Virus record (IMG/VR): IMGVR_UViG_3300017761_004576
Coordinates: 1 to 59,648 of that record
DNA length: 59,648 nucleotides
Direction: 5' to 3' (one strand)
Source: a virus
Taxonomy: Duplodnaviria > Caudoviricetes
Shown here one piece after another: positions 38,377 through 47,651 of the stretch. The first letter of the stretch is position 1, and every line of letters begins with the position of its first letter. The notes beneath the pieces are model-generated. The model was given only the letters and a program-made list of their open reading frames with translations. It made no database searches and was not told the DNA's origin. Both the position numbers and the translations under genes were made by a program.

Positions 38377-40052
38377 TATGTTATGTGCTCAATGTCCTGT
38401 AATTTCATGCGTTTGCTTTTGTACACTTTAACACATTCTGAACTGTTTGCATAGTCCAAACGGCCCTTGCCCCACAAGATTGGTTGATCGCTGAAGGACA
38501 TGGCATGTGGCACTATCACATCTAGATAACGGCCGTTGCCAGTGCCCAGAGTGGCAAAGGTTATGTAGTCTTTGGCGCCACTTTTGAACACACGATAATT
38601 GGCCACCAGACCCAAAAACTCCACTTCTCCAGGTCGTCTTATTTCAGTGCAGGCCGGAATAAAATTACTGCTGCTCCAACGACCAGTTCTGGCCAGTTCA
38701 GCACACTCACCACCTTGGCTGGGCGAAGGCACAGCCCCGGCCAGTTTGGCTTCTTGATAATACACCCAACTGCTGTAACTGCCTTGGCAGTGTTTCAAAC
38801 AGGCTCGCCAGAAAGCCTCAGGATTGTGTGCCTTTTGATAGGCCAAGGCCCAGATCAATCGACCCAGATTGGTGGCATGAGCTCGACACAGGCCAAAGTG
38901 ACTGAGTTCACGTAGCGACGCCAACACACGATCACGTTTGGGGTGATCACCAATCAACTGCATAAACTCATAGATCTTGTCTTCATTGCGTTTGGCAAAT
39001 GCTCTGCGCCACATGTCAGCAGTGTACATGTCACAGTCCAGGATGTCAGCAATCATGGTAATAGCATCATCCTCAAACACCACTGTGTCTTGCTGTATGG
39101 TATCTGCTGACCAGTCTTGAAACGCCGATGCTTTGCGGCGACCTTGTGTGGCCACTGGACGGATCAAGGCCGTGGCCAAGGTACAGTCGCTCCGACTCTT
39201 GACTTTGAGTGCTCTGAACAGTCGCTTCATGGCAGGTGATTCGCCTTGGGTCACACCCAACACATCACCACGACCCAGCAGATCACTGGTCTTTTCATCC
39301 AGTTCAGGATAGTCTGTGAGTGGACGTTGGTCTATTTCCCACAACTGGCTCAGTCCACGATTGGCCAAGATATCTATTTTGAAATGTTCAAGATCTTCTG
39401 TTTCGTATTTGTCCAACAAGATTTGATTGTCACCATTGATCAGGCTTTTGGGCACGGCACGATCAAAAATCAAGATACCACCACAGTGTTTGGATATGCA
39501 GCGTTTTTTGCCCATGAGTTTGGCTGTGACTCGTTCGGCTTCTTTTATTTCTTCTGGAGGCAGTACCTGGCTGAATTCAAATCCACGTTTGAGTGTGCCT
39601 TTGGCTCCCAGTCGCTTGGCCGCTTCTCTCTTGGCAGACTTTTCTTTGTACATCACATAGTTTGAGACTCTAGCACTTTGTCCAGGCCAACGACGGAATA
39701 TGCGATTCATCACAGTGGCCTGTTGCCAGTGCGGAAAATCCAAGTCAATGTCGGGCAAGTCGTCACGTTTGGGATTCATAAAACGTGCTATGGGGATATT
39801 TTCCGCCACAGGATCAAGATCGCTGATGCCCATGAGCCAACACACCAAGCTAGATCCTGCTGAGCCTCGGGTGATGTGTGGAATGTCTGTGGTGAGATCC
39901 AGTATTTCTCTCACACGCAGGAAATGTCGGGAAAAGTTTTGATCTCTAATTAGTTCTAGTTCTTCTGCCAGTCTGTCTGCGTATTTGGGATCTTGTGGTA
40001 ATTCTCTTCTAAATTGTTTTACTAGTTGTTCAAGTTCTCGATATCTGTCCAT
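38376..40052 (-). CDS. dnaE: Compact family C DNA polymerase (DnaE-like, no PHP domain)
   Basis: RGSAGSSLV, PDIDLDF, SKHCGG, KIDIL, FGLCRAHA, C-terminal OB-like region; only 558 aa. Confidence 0.85.
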   Translation of the reverse strand: MDRYRELEQLVKQFRRELPQDPKYADRLAEELELIRDQNFSRHFLRVREILDLTTDIPHITRGSAGSSLVCWLMGISDLDPVAENIPIARFMNPKRDDLPDIDLDFPHWQQATVMNRIFRRWPGQSARVSNYVMYKEKSAKREAAKRLGAKGTLKRGFEFSQVLPPEEIKEAERVTAKLMGKKRCISKHCGGILIFDRAVPKSLINGDNQILLDKYETEDLEHFKIDILANRGLSQLWEIDQRPLTDYPELDEKTSDLLGRGDVLGVTQGESPAMKRLFRALKVKSRSDCTLATALIRPVATQGRRKASAFQDWSADTIQQDTVVFEDDAITMIADILDCDMYTADMWRRAFAKRNEDKIYEFMQLIGDHPKRDRVLASLRELSHFGLCRAHATNLGRLIWALAYQKAHNPEAFWRACLKHCQGSYSSWVYYQEAKLAGAVPSPSQGGECAELARTGRWSSSNFIPACTEIRRPGEVEFLGLVANYRVFKSGAKDYITFATLGTGNGRYLDVIVPHAMSFSDQPILWGKGRLDYANSSECVKVYKSKRMKLQDIEHIT

Positions 40053-40170
40053 TAATTTGCTGCCTTAGTTTGTTTTAGGAAAATACTTATGGTATGATAT
40101 GCTACCATAGGAAGATTTCGATCAAGCGTACAGGATATAAATCTGTAATTTATGCGTTTATAAATACACC

Positions 40171-40842
40171 ATGAAGTCCACTATAGCCCTATTTCAAGAT
40201 GATCGAACCAAGGCAGCAATTGCAATGAGTGATGGGTTTCTTCATATATTATCTCCACATTATAATATTAAAATTTTTAGAAAAGAACAATGTAACGCAG
40301 AAACATTTTCTGGTGTGGACATGTTAATATTTCCTGGCGGCGCCATCGGTGGTGCAGATGATTACTTTCATATGTTTCCAAGAAAGAATGCCAATGCAGT
40401 AGCAGAGTTTGTTGCCGCTGGCGGCGCATATCTTGGTGTATGTGTTGGTGCTTATTGGGCTGGCCCAGCCTACTTTGACATATTAAAAGGTGCTGAGCCG
40501 GTTCAATACATAAAAAGACCCACTGCTGATATCATGAGAAGTTGTAACATTGCGGCTCATTGTGTATGGAAAGGCGAAGAAGAACAAATATTCTTCCGTG
40601 ATGGTTGTACCTTTGTTGGTGACCTCAGTCATTCAGAGATAGTGAGTACGTATTTCAACAAAGAACCAATGTGTATTACACAAGATAAAATTGGCGTGAT
40701 GGGTGCTTGCTTGGATTCTTTAGAGTGGTGGTATGATAACAAAACTCTAAAACAATATTGGCATCAAGGCCGACATCACAAATTATTACTTGACTTTGTA
40801 GAGGAATTGGTTAATAAAAAAGCACCCCTCAGGGTGCTTTGA
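40171..40842 (+). CDS. Class I glutamine amidotransferase-like (BPL_N family)
   Basis: IFPGG, GGAYLGVCVGAYWA; TATAAATA upstream. Confidence 0.75.
   Translation: MKSTIALFQDDRTKAAIAMSDGFLHILSPHYNIKIFRKEQCNAETFSGVDMLIFPGGAIGGADDYFHMFPRKNANAVAEFVAAGGAYLGVCVGAYWAGPAYFDILKGAEPVQYIKRPTADIMRSCNIAAHCVWKGEEEQIFFRDGCTFVGDLSHSEIVSTYFNKEPMCITQDKIGVMGACLDSLEWWYDNKTLKQYWHQGRHHKLLLDFVEELVNKKAPLRVL
40816..40840 (-). terminator. Hairpin terminator (minus strand, possibly bidirectional)
   Basis: AAAGCACCC-CTCA-GGGTGCTTT with A-tract on left. Confidence 0.65.
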
Positions 40843-40855
40843 AACAATCTTGATA

Positions 40856-41167
40856 TTAGGCTGCAAGACGTTGTGGTTCTAAAAATTGCACCACTGGTGT
40901 GCCCATGCTGTCTAGGCCGCCTTGAGGGAAAGGCCAGCTGGCTTGTGCAGTTTCTTGTTGCTGGTCATGTGCAGTATCTTCAAAATCTTCTTCAGGTTCA
41001 TCGTCGTCATAAGGTGTAGAAATCACAGACAAGTTTACATGATCATAAACTTTTAGTTCTTCCAGTAAATTTTTAACATTTTGCAACACTTCTAATGTGT
41101 CAAAGTTGTCGTCGTCATTCATTTCCAATCGAACATCCAAATCGTATATACGCATTTCTAATTTCAT
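40856..41167 (-). CDS. Acidic hypothetical protein
   Basis: AAAGGAG RBS before MKLEMR; SWPFP motif; ends QRLAA. Confidence 0.7.
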   Translation of the reverse strand: MKLEMRIYDLDVRLEMNDDDNFDTLEVLQNVKNLLEELKVYDHVNLSVISTPYDDDEPEEDFEDTAHDQQQETAQASWPFPQGGLDSMGTPVVQFLEPQRLAA

Positions 41168-41225
41168 GGCTGACTCCTTTATGGTTATGAACAGTGGTCT
41201 GTTCGTATTATTTACAGTGTAAACC

Positions 41226-41243
41226 ATTACAAGCACATGACTG
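41226..41243 (-). promoter_or_regulatory. Pho-box-like site
   Basis: Minus strand CAGTCAT-GTGC-TTGTAAT upstream of 41167 start. Confidence 0.5.
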
Positions 41244-41247
41244 CCAT

Positions 41248-41271
41248 AAAAAAAGACCCTTTCGGGCCTTT
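41248..41271 (-). terminator. Rho-independent terminator of porin gene
   Basis: Minus strand AAAGGCCC-GAAA-GGGTCTTTTTTT. Confidence 0.8.
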
Positions 41272-41329
41272 AGTACTGGTTACGAGTTCCAGCGCCGCTC
41301 CATCTTTGCGGTCGATTTTCAAATACTGA

Positions 41330-41884
41330 TTAGAAACTGCGAGTGTACGCCAAACGCACTGCGTCTTTTTCTTCGTCACCGTGACTACGGCTCCAACGAA
41401 CTCCTACTGCGTCTTGTTTGGTAAGTGCATAACCCACTGCAACATGACCGCGTGTGGTTTCATACAACTTGCCAGATTCAAATGCATTGCGGTAACGAGC
41501 ACCAACATCTGCTGTGAAACCAGCCGCCAGCGGAAACTTCACACCAGAATCAATTGCATAGTAACTGAAATGTGTGGAACTGGTCATTCTTTCACCCACA
41601 CGACCACCAAAGTACACTGCGCCAAAACTTTTTCTTGCACGAAGTTCTAGTGTTTGAGTGATTGATCCGCTGCCAAGTTCTGTTTGGCTGTTGGCCATTT
41701 TGACGCTGTAGTCGACGCCATCCATCTTGCCGCCGACGGTCAGGCCTGTGTTGATGTTTTCTGCACCGGTCTTACGATTGCTTTCATCGTTGTAGTCTAT
41801 TGTTGCATAACCACCTGCTGCCAGGGCTGAAGTTGCTGTTACAGCCACAAATAATGCGGCAGCGATTGTGTTAGTTAATTTCAT
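41330..41884 (-). CDS. Small outer-membrane beta-barrel (porin-like)
   Basis: Signal peptide ALA-A, alternating beta strands, C-terminal LAYTRSF BAM signal. Confidence 0.8.
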   Translation of the reverse strand: MKLTNTIAAALFVAVTATSALAAGGYATIDYNDESNRKTGAENINTGLTVGGKMDGVDYSVKMANSQTELGSGSITQTLELRARKSFGAVYFGGRVGERMTSSTHFSYYAIDSGVKFPLAAGFTADVGARYRNAFESGKLYETTRGHVAVGYALTKQDAVGVRWSRSHGDEEKDAVRLAYTRSF

Positions 41885-41969
41885 AGTTTCTCCTTTGTAA
41901 ATTACTACTAGACTAGTATATAGTATTTTTACTGATCACACAATATTTTTTAATCTGTATATAACCGAT

Positions 41970-43250
41970 TCACAACTTATTTAATTTTACATCTGTGACA
42001 GCAATATTACATTTTTTGCTTTTTTGATCTTGCAACCACCGCCAAATTTTAACAACATCTTCACGTGTTTCTCTAAGATCACCAAGGCTGGCACGATCAC
42101 GCATGTAGGCTTTCCAAAATGTGCCATTGGCATGCTGCCCCATAATTTTCACAGCTTGATCAAGATTGGTCTGATACTCACCCATAACCCGGCGGTGAAA
42201 CTCCGCACTGAAAAACCAACGTTGATTGTGAGTGCAAATGTCCTGAACTTTTGACAGTATATCTTCACCTTGTGATCTGCGTTCAAGGTCTTTCATCAAT
42301 TCAACAATGGCTTCCAATCTTGCCACAGGATCGGTAATCTTGTCGTAGCTCTCGTCCCAGACACTGTCAAACGTTTGAAATCCATAACCACGTAAATATT
42401 CCAAACTGCCAGGTGTGGCAGCCAGGAGAAAAGGTTGGGCACATGCAATTGGACGCAGAGTCTTTTCGGTAAGGTGCCATCTTGAATCATCAAACAGTGT
42501 TTCCAATACTACTTCTATGCCAGTGGTTTGATAGTCGCTGGACTCATAATCTGCGCTAGCATGACTGGGAGCATCATTTATTGGAAAATGTTGTTCTATT
42601 TTATAAACATTTTTGTATTTCACCTGCAATCGAGGATTTTGACAAACATATTCAAAATAGTATATGCCGTTGTCTGTGGGATTAAAACGCATGGCGCAAC
42701 TGTTGACCAAGTTGTTTTCCTGAATCATCTCAGTAAATCTTAATCTATACTCCCTAGTGCCCGACCAGGCTCGATTGTATACCAAGAACAAATTTTTAAG
42801 ATTTTTTGGTTTTCTTAGATTGGGATCAAGTGCGGCATACCTGAACCAGTCCTGGGCAATTAGGGCATGGCTCCAATAGTACACACCCACAACCCCGTGC
42901 TGTTCAAATTTCTCTAGTTCTCGACTGTTCAATTCTGAATGACACAGCATGATACGATCATGCAACATCCATGGTGATTGAACCAAATTCCTCAATTGCG
43001 AAAATGGCACCCCTGTGATATCAAAATTTCCTGGAGTTGATGTACCAAAATCGTCGAATCGTAATGGTTCTTGATCATGGCATACAATTGGCATTTTTGT
43101 AAGTTGTTGAAGGTATGAATGTGCTACATCAATCAAGGGTTTGCAATCCTCTTTTTTTCTTGAGCCATGAGGCGTCCAGCGATAAATTACTACATCATGG
43201 TCGCTGACATCATGTAAAAAGTTATATAATCTATCTAAAGGAACTGTCAT
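41970..43250 (-). CDS. Glycosyltransferase-like protein (GT10/fucosyltransferase-like C-domain)
   Basis: VVLET..LTEKTLRPI..PFLL..LEYLRGYGFQTF..WDESYD. Confidence 0.55.
   Translation of the reverse strand: MTVPLDRLYNFLHDVSDHDVVIYRWTPHGSRKKEDCKPLIDVAHSYLQQLTKMPIVCHDQEPLRFDDFGTSTPGNFDITGVPFSQLRNLVQSPWMLHDRIMLCHSELNSRELEKFEQHGVVGVYYWSHALIAQDWFRYAALDPNLRKPKNLKNLFLVYNRAWSGTREYRLRFTEMIQENNLVNSCAMRFNPTDNGIYYFEYVCQNPRLQVKYKNVYKIEQHFPINDAPSHASADYESSDYQTTGIEVVLETLFDDSRWHLTEKTLRPIACAQPFLLAATPGSLEYLRGYGFQTFDSVWDESYDKITDPVARLEAIVELMKDLERRSQGEDILSKVQDICTHNQRWFFSAEFHRRVMGEYQTNLDQAVKIMGQHANGTFWKAYMRDRASLGDLRETREDVVKIWRWLQDQKSKKCNIAVTDVKLNKL
41995..42012 (-). promoter_or_regulatory. Pho-box-like site upstream of porin
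   Basis: Minus strand ATGTAAT-ATTG-CTGTCAC. Confidence 0.6.
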
Positions 43251-44501
43251 ATGAAAAAAATTGGATTTATTGGAATTGGTAAGTTGGGACTTGACTGTGC
43301 TGAAGTGATGGCACAAAAGTATGAAGTACGCGGTTATGATATTTACCCACGCACAAGTGACTTGGTAAAAGTTTGTGATATTGCAGAACTTATAAACAAA
43401 AGTGAATGGATCTTTATTGCAGTGCCAACACCACATGCTGAAGGTTACGATGGATCAGTGCCTAGCTCGCACATGGAGCCTCGAGACTTTGGCCATGACG
43501 CTGTGATTGACGCCATCAACAATATCAACAAGTATGCCAAGGGCTCTAAAAAAATTGTGTTGATCAGCACAGTGTTGCCCGGCACCACACGCAAAAAGTT
43601 TGTGCCGTTACTGGATCCCAAACATCAATTTTTGTACAATCCCTACTTGATCGCCATGGGATCAGTGAAATGGGACATGGCCAATCCTGAGATGGTCATA
43701 ATTGGTACCAAAGATGGCAATCCCACTGCCTTGGCCGGCGAGCTGATTGATCTGTACAAGCCTATTATGGAGAACAGTCCCAGATACGAAATTGGTACCT
43801 GGGATGAATGCGAAGCTATCAAGATTTTCTACAACACGTTTATTTCAGCCAAGGTGGGCCTGGTAAACATGATTCAAGACTTTGCATTGAAAATTGGCAA
43901 CATCAATGTGGATGTTGTGACCACTGCACTGGCCAACAGTACCATGCGTATCATGGGTCCAAAATACATGACAGCCGGTATGGGCGATGCCGGCGCTTGC
44001 CATCCCAGGGACAACATTGCACTGCGTTGGTTGGCCAAGGAATACAACATTGGATATGACTTGTTTGACACAGTGATGCATGCCAGAGAATTGCAGGCCA
44101 AGAACATGGCTCAATTCTTGATATATCATGCCAACAATCACGTGGTTGGCAAGGTATTACCCATTGTGATTCACGGCAAGGCCTACAAACCTGATGTTGA
44201 GTATTGCATTGGATCATACAGCACCCTGGTAGGATACTACATCAAACAGATGGGATATCATCTCATGTATGTGGATCCCTTGGCTGATGACAAAACAGAC
44301 GTGGTCAATTTGGTTGGTGTTCCGGCAGTTTATTTGTGGGCACACAATCGCAAGATCACTTACGAATACACCGGAGATCAAGAAGACACCAAGGCCTACT
44401 GTGACATTGTTCCTGGCAGTGTGATTGTTGATCCATGGCGTAAACTGGAACCAATTGAAGGCATTGATGTGATTCATTATGGCAACACACGCGGTTGTTA
44501 A
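43251..44501 (+). CDS. ugd: UDP-glucose/GDP-mannose dehydrogenase family
   Basis: GIGKLG Rossmann, IAVPTP, ISTVLPG, KIFYN, GACHPRD, AYKP. Confidence 0.88.
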   Translation: MKKIGFIGIGKLGLDCAEVMAQKYEVRGYDIYPRTSDLVKVCDIAELINKSEWIFIAVPTPHAEGYDGSVPSSHMEPRDFGHDAVIDAINNINKYAKGSKKIVLISTVLPGTTRKKFVPLLDPKHQFLYNPYLIAMGSVKWDMANPEMVIIGTKDGNPTALAGELIDLYKPIMENSPRYEIGTWDECEAIKIFYNTFISAKVGLVNMIQDFALKIGNINVDVVTTALANSTMRIMGPKYMTAGMGDAGACHPRDNIALRWLAKEYNIGYDLFDTVMHARELQAKNMAQFLIYHANNHVVGKVLPIVIHGKAYKPDVEYCIGSYSTLVGYYIKQMGYHLMYVDPLADDKTDVVNLVGVPAVYLWAHNRKITYEYTGDQEDTKAYCDIVPGSVIVDPWRKLEPIEGIDVIHYGNTRGC

Positions 44502-44997
44502 ATCGCATATAACCCGGTTCTGGAATGATGAATTCAAGAACTTGGTATATGTCAATGAATCATTCAATGACAACGTCAACGTGGCACGTTGGTTGGAACA
44601 AGGCTATGCCAATAAATTTACCGGTGACATGTGTGACATGCGTAGCCCGCAACCCAGTTGGAATCATTTGTTTGTAAAGACCTTTGAACAACAGGGTTGG
44701 CAGGATGTCAGTACCAGCTACTATAGAATGAGCACCGGCACCATACTGCCTACTCACGGCGATCTTTATCTGCGTTACATAGATATGTTTGGACTGCAAG
44801 GCCAGGAACATACCATCCGACGAGCAGTGGTTTTTTTGGAAGATTGGCAACCAGGACACTATGCTGAATACATGAATCGGCCCTACACTGCCTGGCAAGC
44901 AGGCGACATAGTGGAGTGGACATATGACACACCACACATGGCAGCCAACATGGGACCAACTCCGAGATACACACTGCAAATCACAGGACACAAATGA
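44479..44997 (+). CDS. 2OG-Fe(II) oxygenase/cupin-like protein
   Basis: LPTHGD (HxD), distal H (PHMAAN), RYTLQIT. Confidence 0.7.
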   Translation: MATHAVVKSHITRFWNDEFKNLVYVNESFNDNVNVARWLEQGYANKFTGDMCDMRSPQPSWNHLFVKTFEQQGWQDVSTSYYRMSTGTILPTHGDLYLRYIDMFGLQGQEHTIRRAVVFLEDWQPGHYAEYMNRPYTAWQAGDIVEWTYDTPHMAANMGPTPRYTLQITGHK

Positions 44998-45911
44998 TCA
45001 GTACCTACAACGAATGGGATCCACTACGACGTATTGTGGTGGGTCGTGCCGACACAGCCAACTGGCCCATCAATGATCCTGTGTTCAAAAATGAAGGAGA
45101 GAAAACCACTTGGAAAGAAACTCCTGTACCACGTGGTGCTGTACCTCAATGGATCATAGATGAAGCCAACGAAGACCTTGAGATATTGACTTGCACACTG
45201 CAAGATTTAGGTGTTGTGGTAGAGCGCCCGGATCCTTGCCTAAACTTTCAAGCACATGATGGACTCTCCAACTACTGCCCAAGAGATCGATTGCTGGTAT
45301 ACGGGTCCACTATTGTGAATCCTGTGATGATGTATCCCTGCAGAGACATGGAATCACAATGTTACCACAACATTATTGACGAAGTCGACCACTACCTGCA
45401 CATGCCCAGACACGAAGGCATGGTCCTGGAAGCAGCCAATGTGTGCAGACTCAATGATGCCTGGTTGGTATTGGAAAGCGCCGGGTGTAATGCACCTGCT
45501 TTGGCCTGGTTACGTGAGCAGTTTCCCAAAGTCACAATAGAATCCTGCAACTTCTATGCTGGTGTGCATATTGACTCGACCATTGTGCCCATACGTGAAG
45601 GGCTTGTGCTGTTGAATGGTGCCAGAGTAACCGATGCCAACTGTCCCAAGGTGTTTGACAATTGGGATAAAATTTACGTGGACGATGTGGTTGCACAGGG
45701 ATTCCATGAATATCCCTATGCATCAAAATGGGTGGGCATGAACATGCTGGCTGTGAATCCCAACACAGTGATCATGGACCGGAACCAGCCCAACCTAATT
45801 GCCCAACTAGAACAACGCAACTTCACAGTGATTCCATTGGAATTACGCCACAGTCGCACCCTGGGCGGTGGATTTCATTGTGTCACCCTGGATTTGATAC
45901 GTTCAAACTAG
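44994..45911 (+). CDS. Amidinotransferase (glycine/inosamine-phosphate type)
   Basis: NEWDPLR, YCPRD, HIDST, GGGFHCVTLD. Confidence 0.9.
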   Translation: MISTYNEWDPLRRIVVGRADTANWPINDPVFKNEGEKTTWKETPVPRGAVPQWIIDEANEDLEILTCTLQDLGVVVERPDPCLNFQAHDGLSNYCPRDRLLVYGSTIVNPVMMYPCRDMESQCYHNIIDEVDHYLHMPRHEGMVLEAANVCRLNDAWLVLESAGCNAPALAWLREQFPKVTIESCNFYAGVHIDSTIVPIREGLVLLNGARVTDANCPKVFDNWDKIYVDDVVAQGFHEYPYASKWVGMNMLAVNPNTVIMDRNQPNLIAQLEQRNFTVIPLELRHSRTLGGGFHCVTLDLIRSN

Positions 45912-45940
45912 TTGACCAATAAAGACTTTTTGTGTATAAT
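45912..45940 (+). promoter_or_regulatory. Early promoter, leaderless uvsE
   Basis: TTGACC-17-TATAAT, ATG 6 nt after -10. Confidence 0.8.
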
Positions 45941-45946
45941 ACACAC

Positions 45947-46975
45947 ATGACTACACCTCGAATTGGCTTTTGTTGCAAGTGGCTGAATGATCCGTCTGAA
46001 TGCGGCGGCATGAAGGTCAATGCAAAGGACCGTGAATTGAACGGCAGATCAACCACCATGAGATGGCTGCGCGAACATGCGGCGGAAGCAGAACAGCGCC
46101 AGTGGGACATCATGAATCACAATGCCTCGGCCGCTGTGCGACTGATCGAGCGTGTGGGCTCACTACCGCCCGAACGGCGCATGGTACGTCTGGGCAGTGA
46201 AATGCTACAAGGCTATACCGAAAAAGACTGGATTGACTGGTGGCAACGCCCCGAAATTCAAGAACACTGTGCAAAAATTTTTGCACCTATTGGCGAGACT
46301 GCTCGTCGCCTGGGTGTGCGCATATCGTTCCACCCTGGACAGTTTTGTGTGCTGGCATCAGAGTCAGACGAGATTGTGGAACGCAGTATACAGGAATTTG
46401 AGTATCATGCAGACATGGCTCGCTGGATGGGCTTTGGCGCCACATGGCATGATCATGGTTTTAAAATCAATGTGCATTTGTCTGGCAAAGGTGGGCCGGC
46501 AAAGTTCCTGAAAACTCTAGGGCGACTCTCGCCCGAAGCCAGGAATCTTATTACCATCGAGAATGATGAGATGACAAATGGTTTGGACGTTACTCTTGCT
46601 GTGGCTGACAGTGTGGCTCTTGTTTTGGATATTCATCACCATTGGATCAACACAGGCGAATACATTGAGCCTCGGGACCCACGTGCTCAACGGGTTGTTG
46701 AGTCTTGGCGTGGTACTCGCCCTGCTCTTCACTACAGTGTCAGTCGTGAAGATGTTGTTGTGGGACACAATACCTTTGTTAGACCAGACCTCTCAGCCTT
46801 ACTCGCTGCAGGCTACAAAAAGCAAAAGTTGAGAGCGCATTCAGACTTCATGTGGAACACCGCAGTGAATGAATGGGCACTGACATTCGCTGATCAGTGG
46901 GACATACAGGTTGAGGCCAAAGGCAAGAACCTGGCCAGCGAAATGCTGTACAACCAATGGCGGGCCAATGTATAA
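45947..46975 (+). CDS. uvsE: UV damage endonuclease
   Basis: RIGFCC, SFHPGQF, INVHL, IENDE, DIHHH, HYS, AHSD, EAKGK. Confidence 0.92.
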   Translation: MTTPRIGFCCKWLNDPSECGGMKVNAKDRELNGRSTTMRWLREHAAEAEQRQWDIMNHNASAAVRLIERVGSLPPERRMVRLGSEMLQGYTEKDWIDWWQRPEIQEHCAKIFAPIGETARRLGVRISFHPGQFCVLASESDEIVERSIQEFEYHADMARWMGFGATWHDHGFKINVHLSGKGGPAKFLKTLGRLSPEARNLITIENDEMTNGLDVTLAVADSVALVLDIHHHWINTGEYIEPRDPRAQRVVESWRGTRPALHYSVSREDVVVGHNTFVRPDLSALLAAGYKKQKLRAHSDFMWNTAVNEWALTFADQWDIQVEAKGKNLASEMLYNQWRANV

Positions 46976-47261
46976 CGTACTAACAGGAATTTTTGATTGG
47001 ATACACAGTGATTACAAAACTAATCGCGTTAGATTTTGTGTGGAAGTGCTGGCTTGGGGTGTTAGCATTGGGTGTGCTATCACCATGGCTGCCACTGTTC
47101 CAAATCCCCCTTTACTGGTCATGTATCCTATATGGATTGCAGGGTGTGCTATGTATGCTTGGGCTAGTTATACTCGCCGATCGTTTGGTATGCTGGCCAA
47201 CTACGTCTTGCTCACGACAATAGACACAGTTGGCCTGGTGAGGATGCTGCTGTTAAGTTGA
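46968..47261 (+). CDS. Small 3-TM membrane protein (PnuC/SemiSWEET-like size)
   Basis: Three hydrophobic helices. Confidence 0.6.
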   Translation: MYNVLTGIFDWIHSDYKTNRVRFCVEVLAWGVSIGCAITMAATVPNPPLLVMYPIWIAGCAMYAWASYTRRSFGMLANYVLLTTIDTVGLVRMLLLS

Positions 47262-47597
47262 TGACTTTTTGGCAGATGCTTTTTTGGCTGCTGGCTTTGG
47301 GTCAGCGGCTTTTTTAGCGGGCGCTTTTTTGGCTGCTGTTTTCTTGGCTGGAACAACTTCTTGCGCCGCAACAGGTTCGGCAACTGGCACAACTGCAACT
47401 GGTGCAACCTCAGCAACTGTCTCGTGAATTGTACCTTCACTGACTTTGCCACCGGGAAATGGCCATGATTGGTCTTCTGCCTTGGGCGGTTGCCAACTGT
47501 CAATAGCGCGGTCTGATTCTGTTTTTTTGGTCTTTACATACCCACTCCACAACAGGGCCGCAACCACAACAACTGCTATAAAAATAATAATTTCCAT
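47253..47597 (-). CDS. Membrane-anchored protein with H1-like Lys/Ala tail
   Basis: N-terminal TM, SWPFP, AKKAPAKK repeats; AGGAG RBS. Confidence 0.7.
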   Translation of the reverse strand: MEIIIFIAVVVVAALLWSGYVKTKKTESDRAIDSWQPPKAEDQSWPFPGGKVSEGTIHETVAEVAPVAVVPVAEPVAAQEVVPAKKTAAKKAPAKKAADPKPAAKKASAKKSST

Positions 47598-47651
47598 TTT
47601 AGATCTCCTATGAAATATTTAGTAGTGATTTACTACAAAAGAATAAAAAAT

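Noticed and set aside
40171-40842. Biotin ligase
   Set aside because: Only the GATase-like N-domain is present, and the usual HPE catalytic motif is not evident
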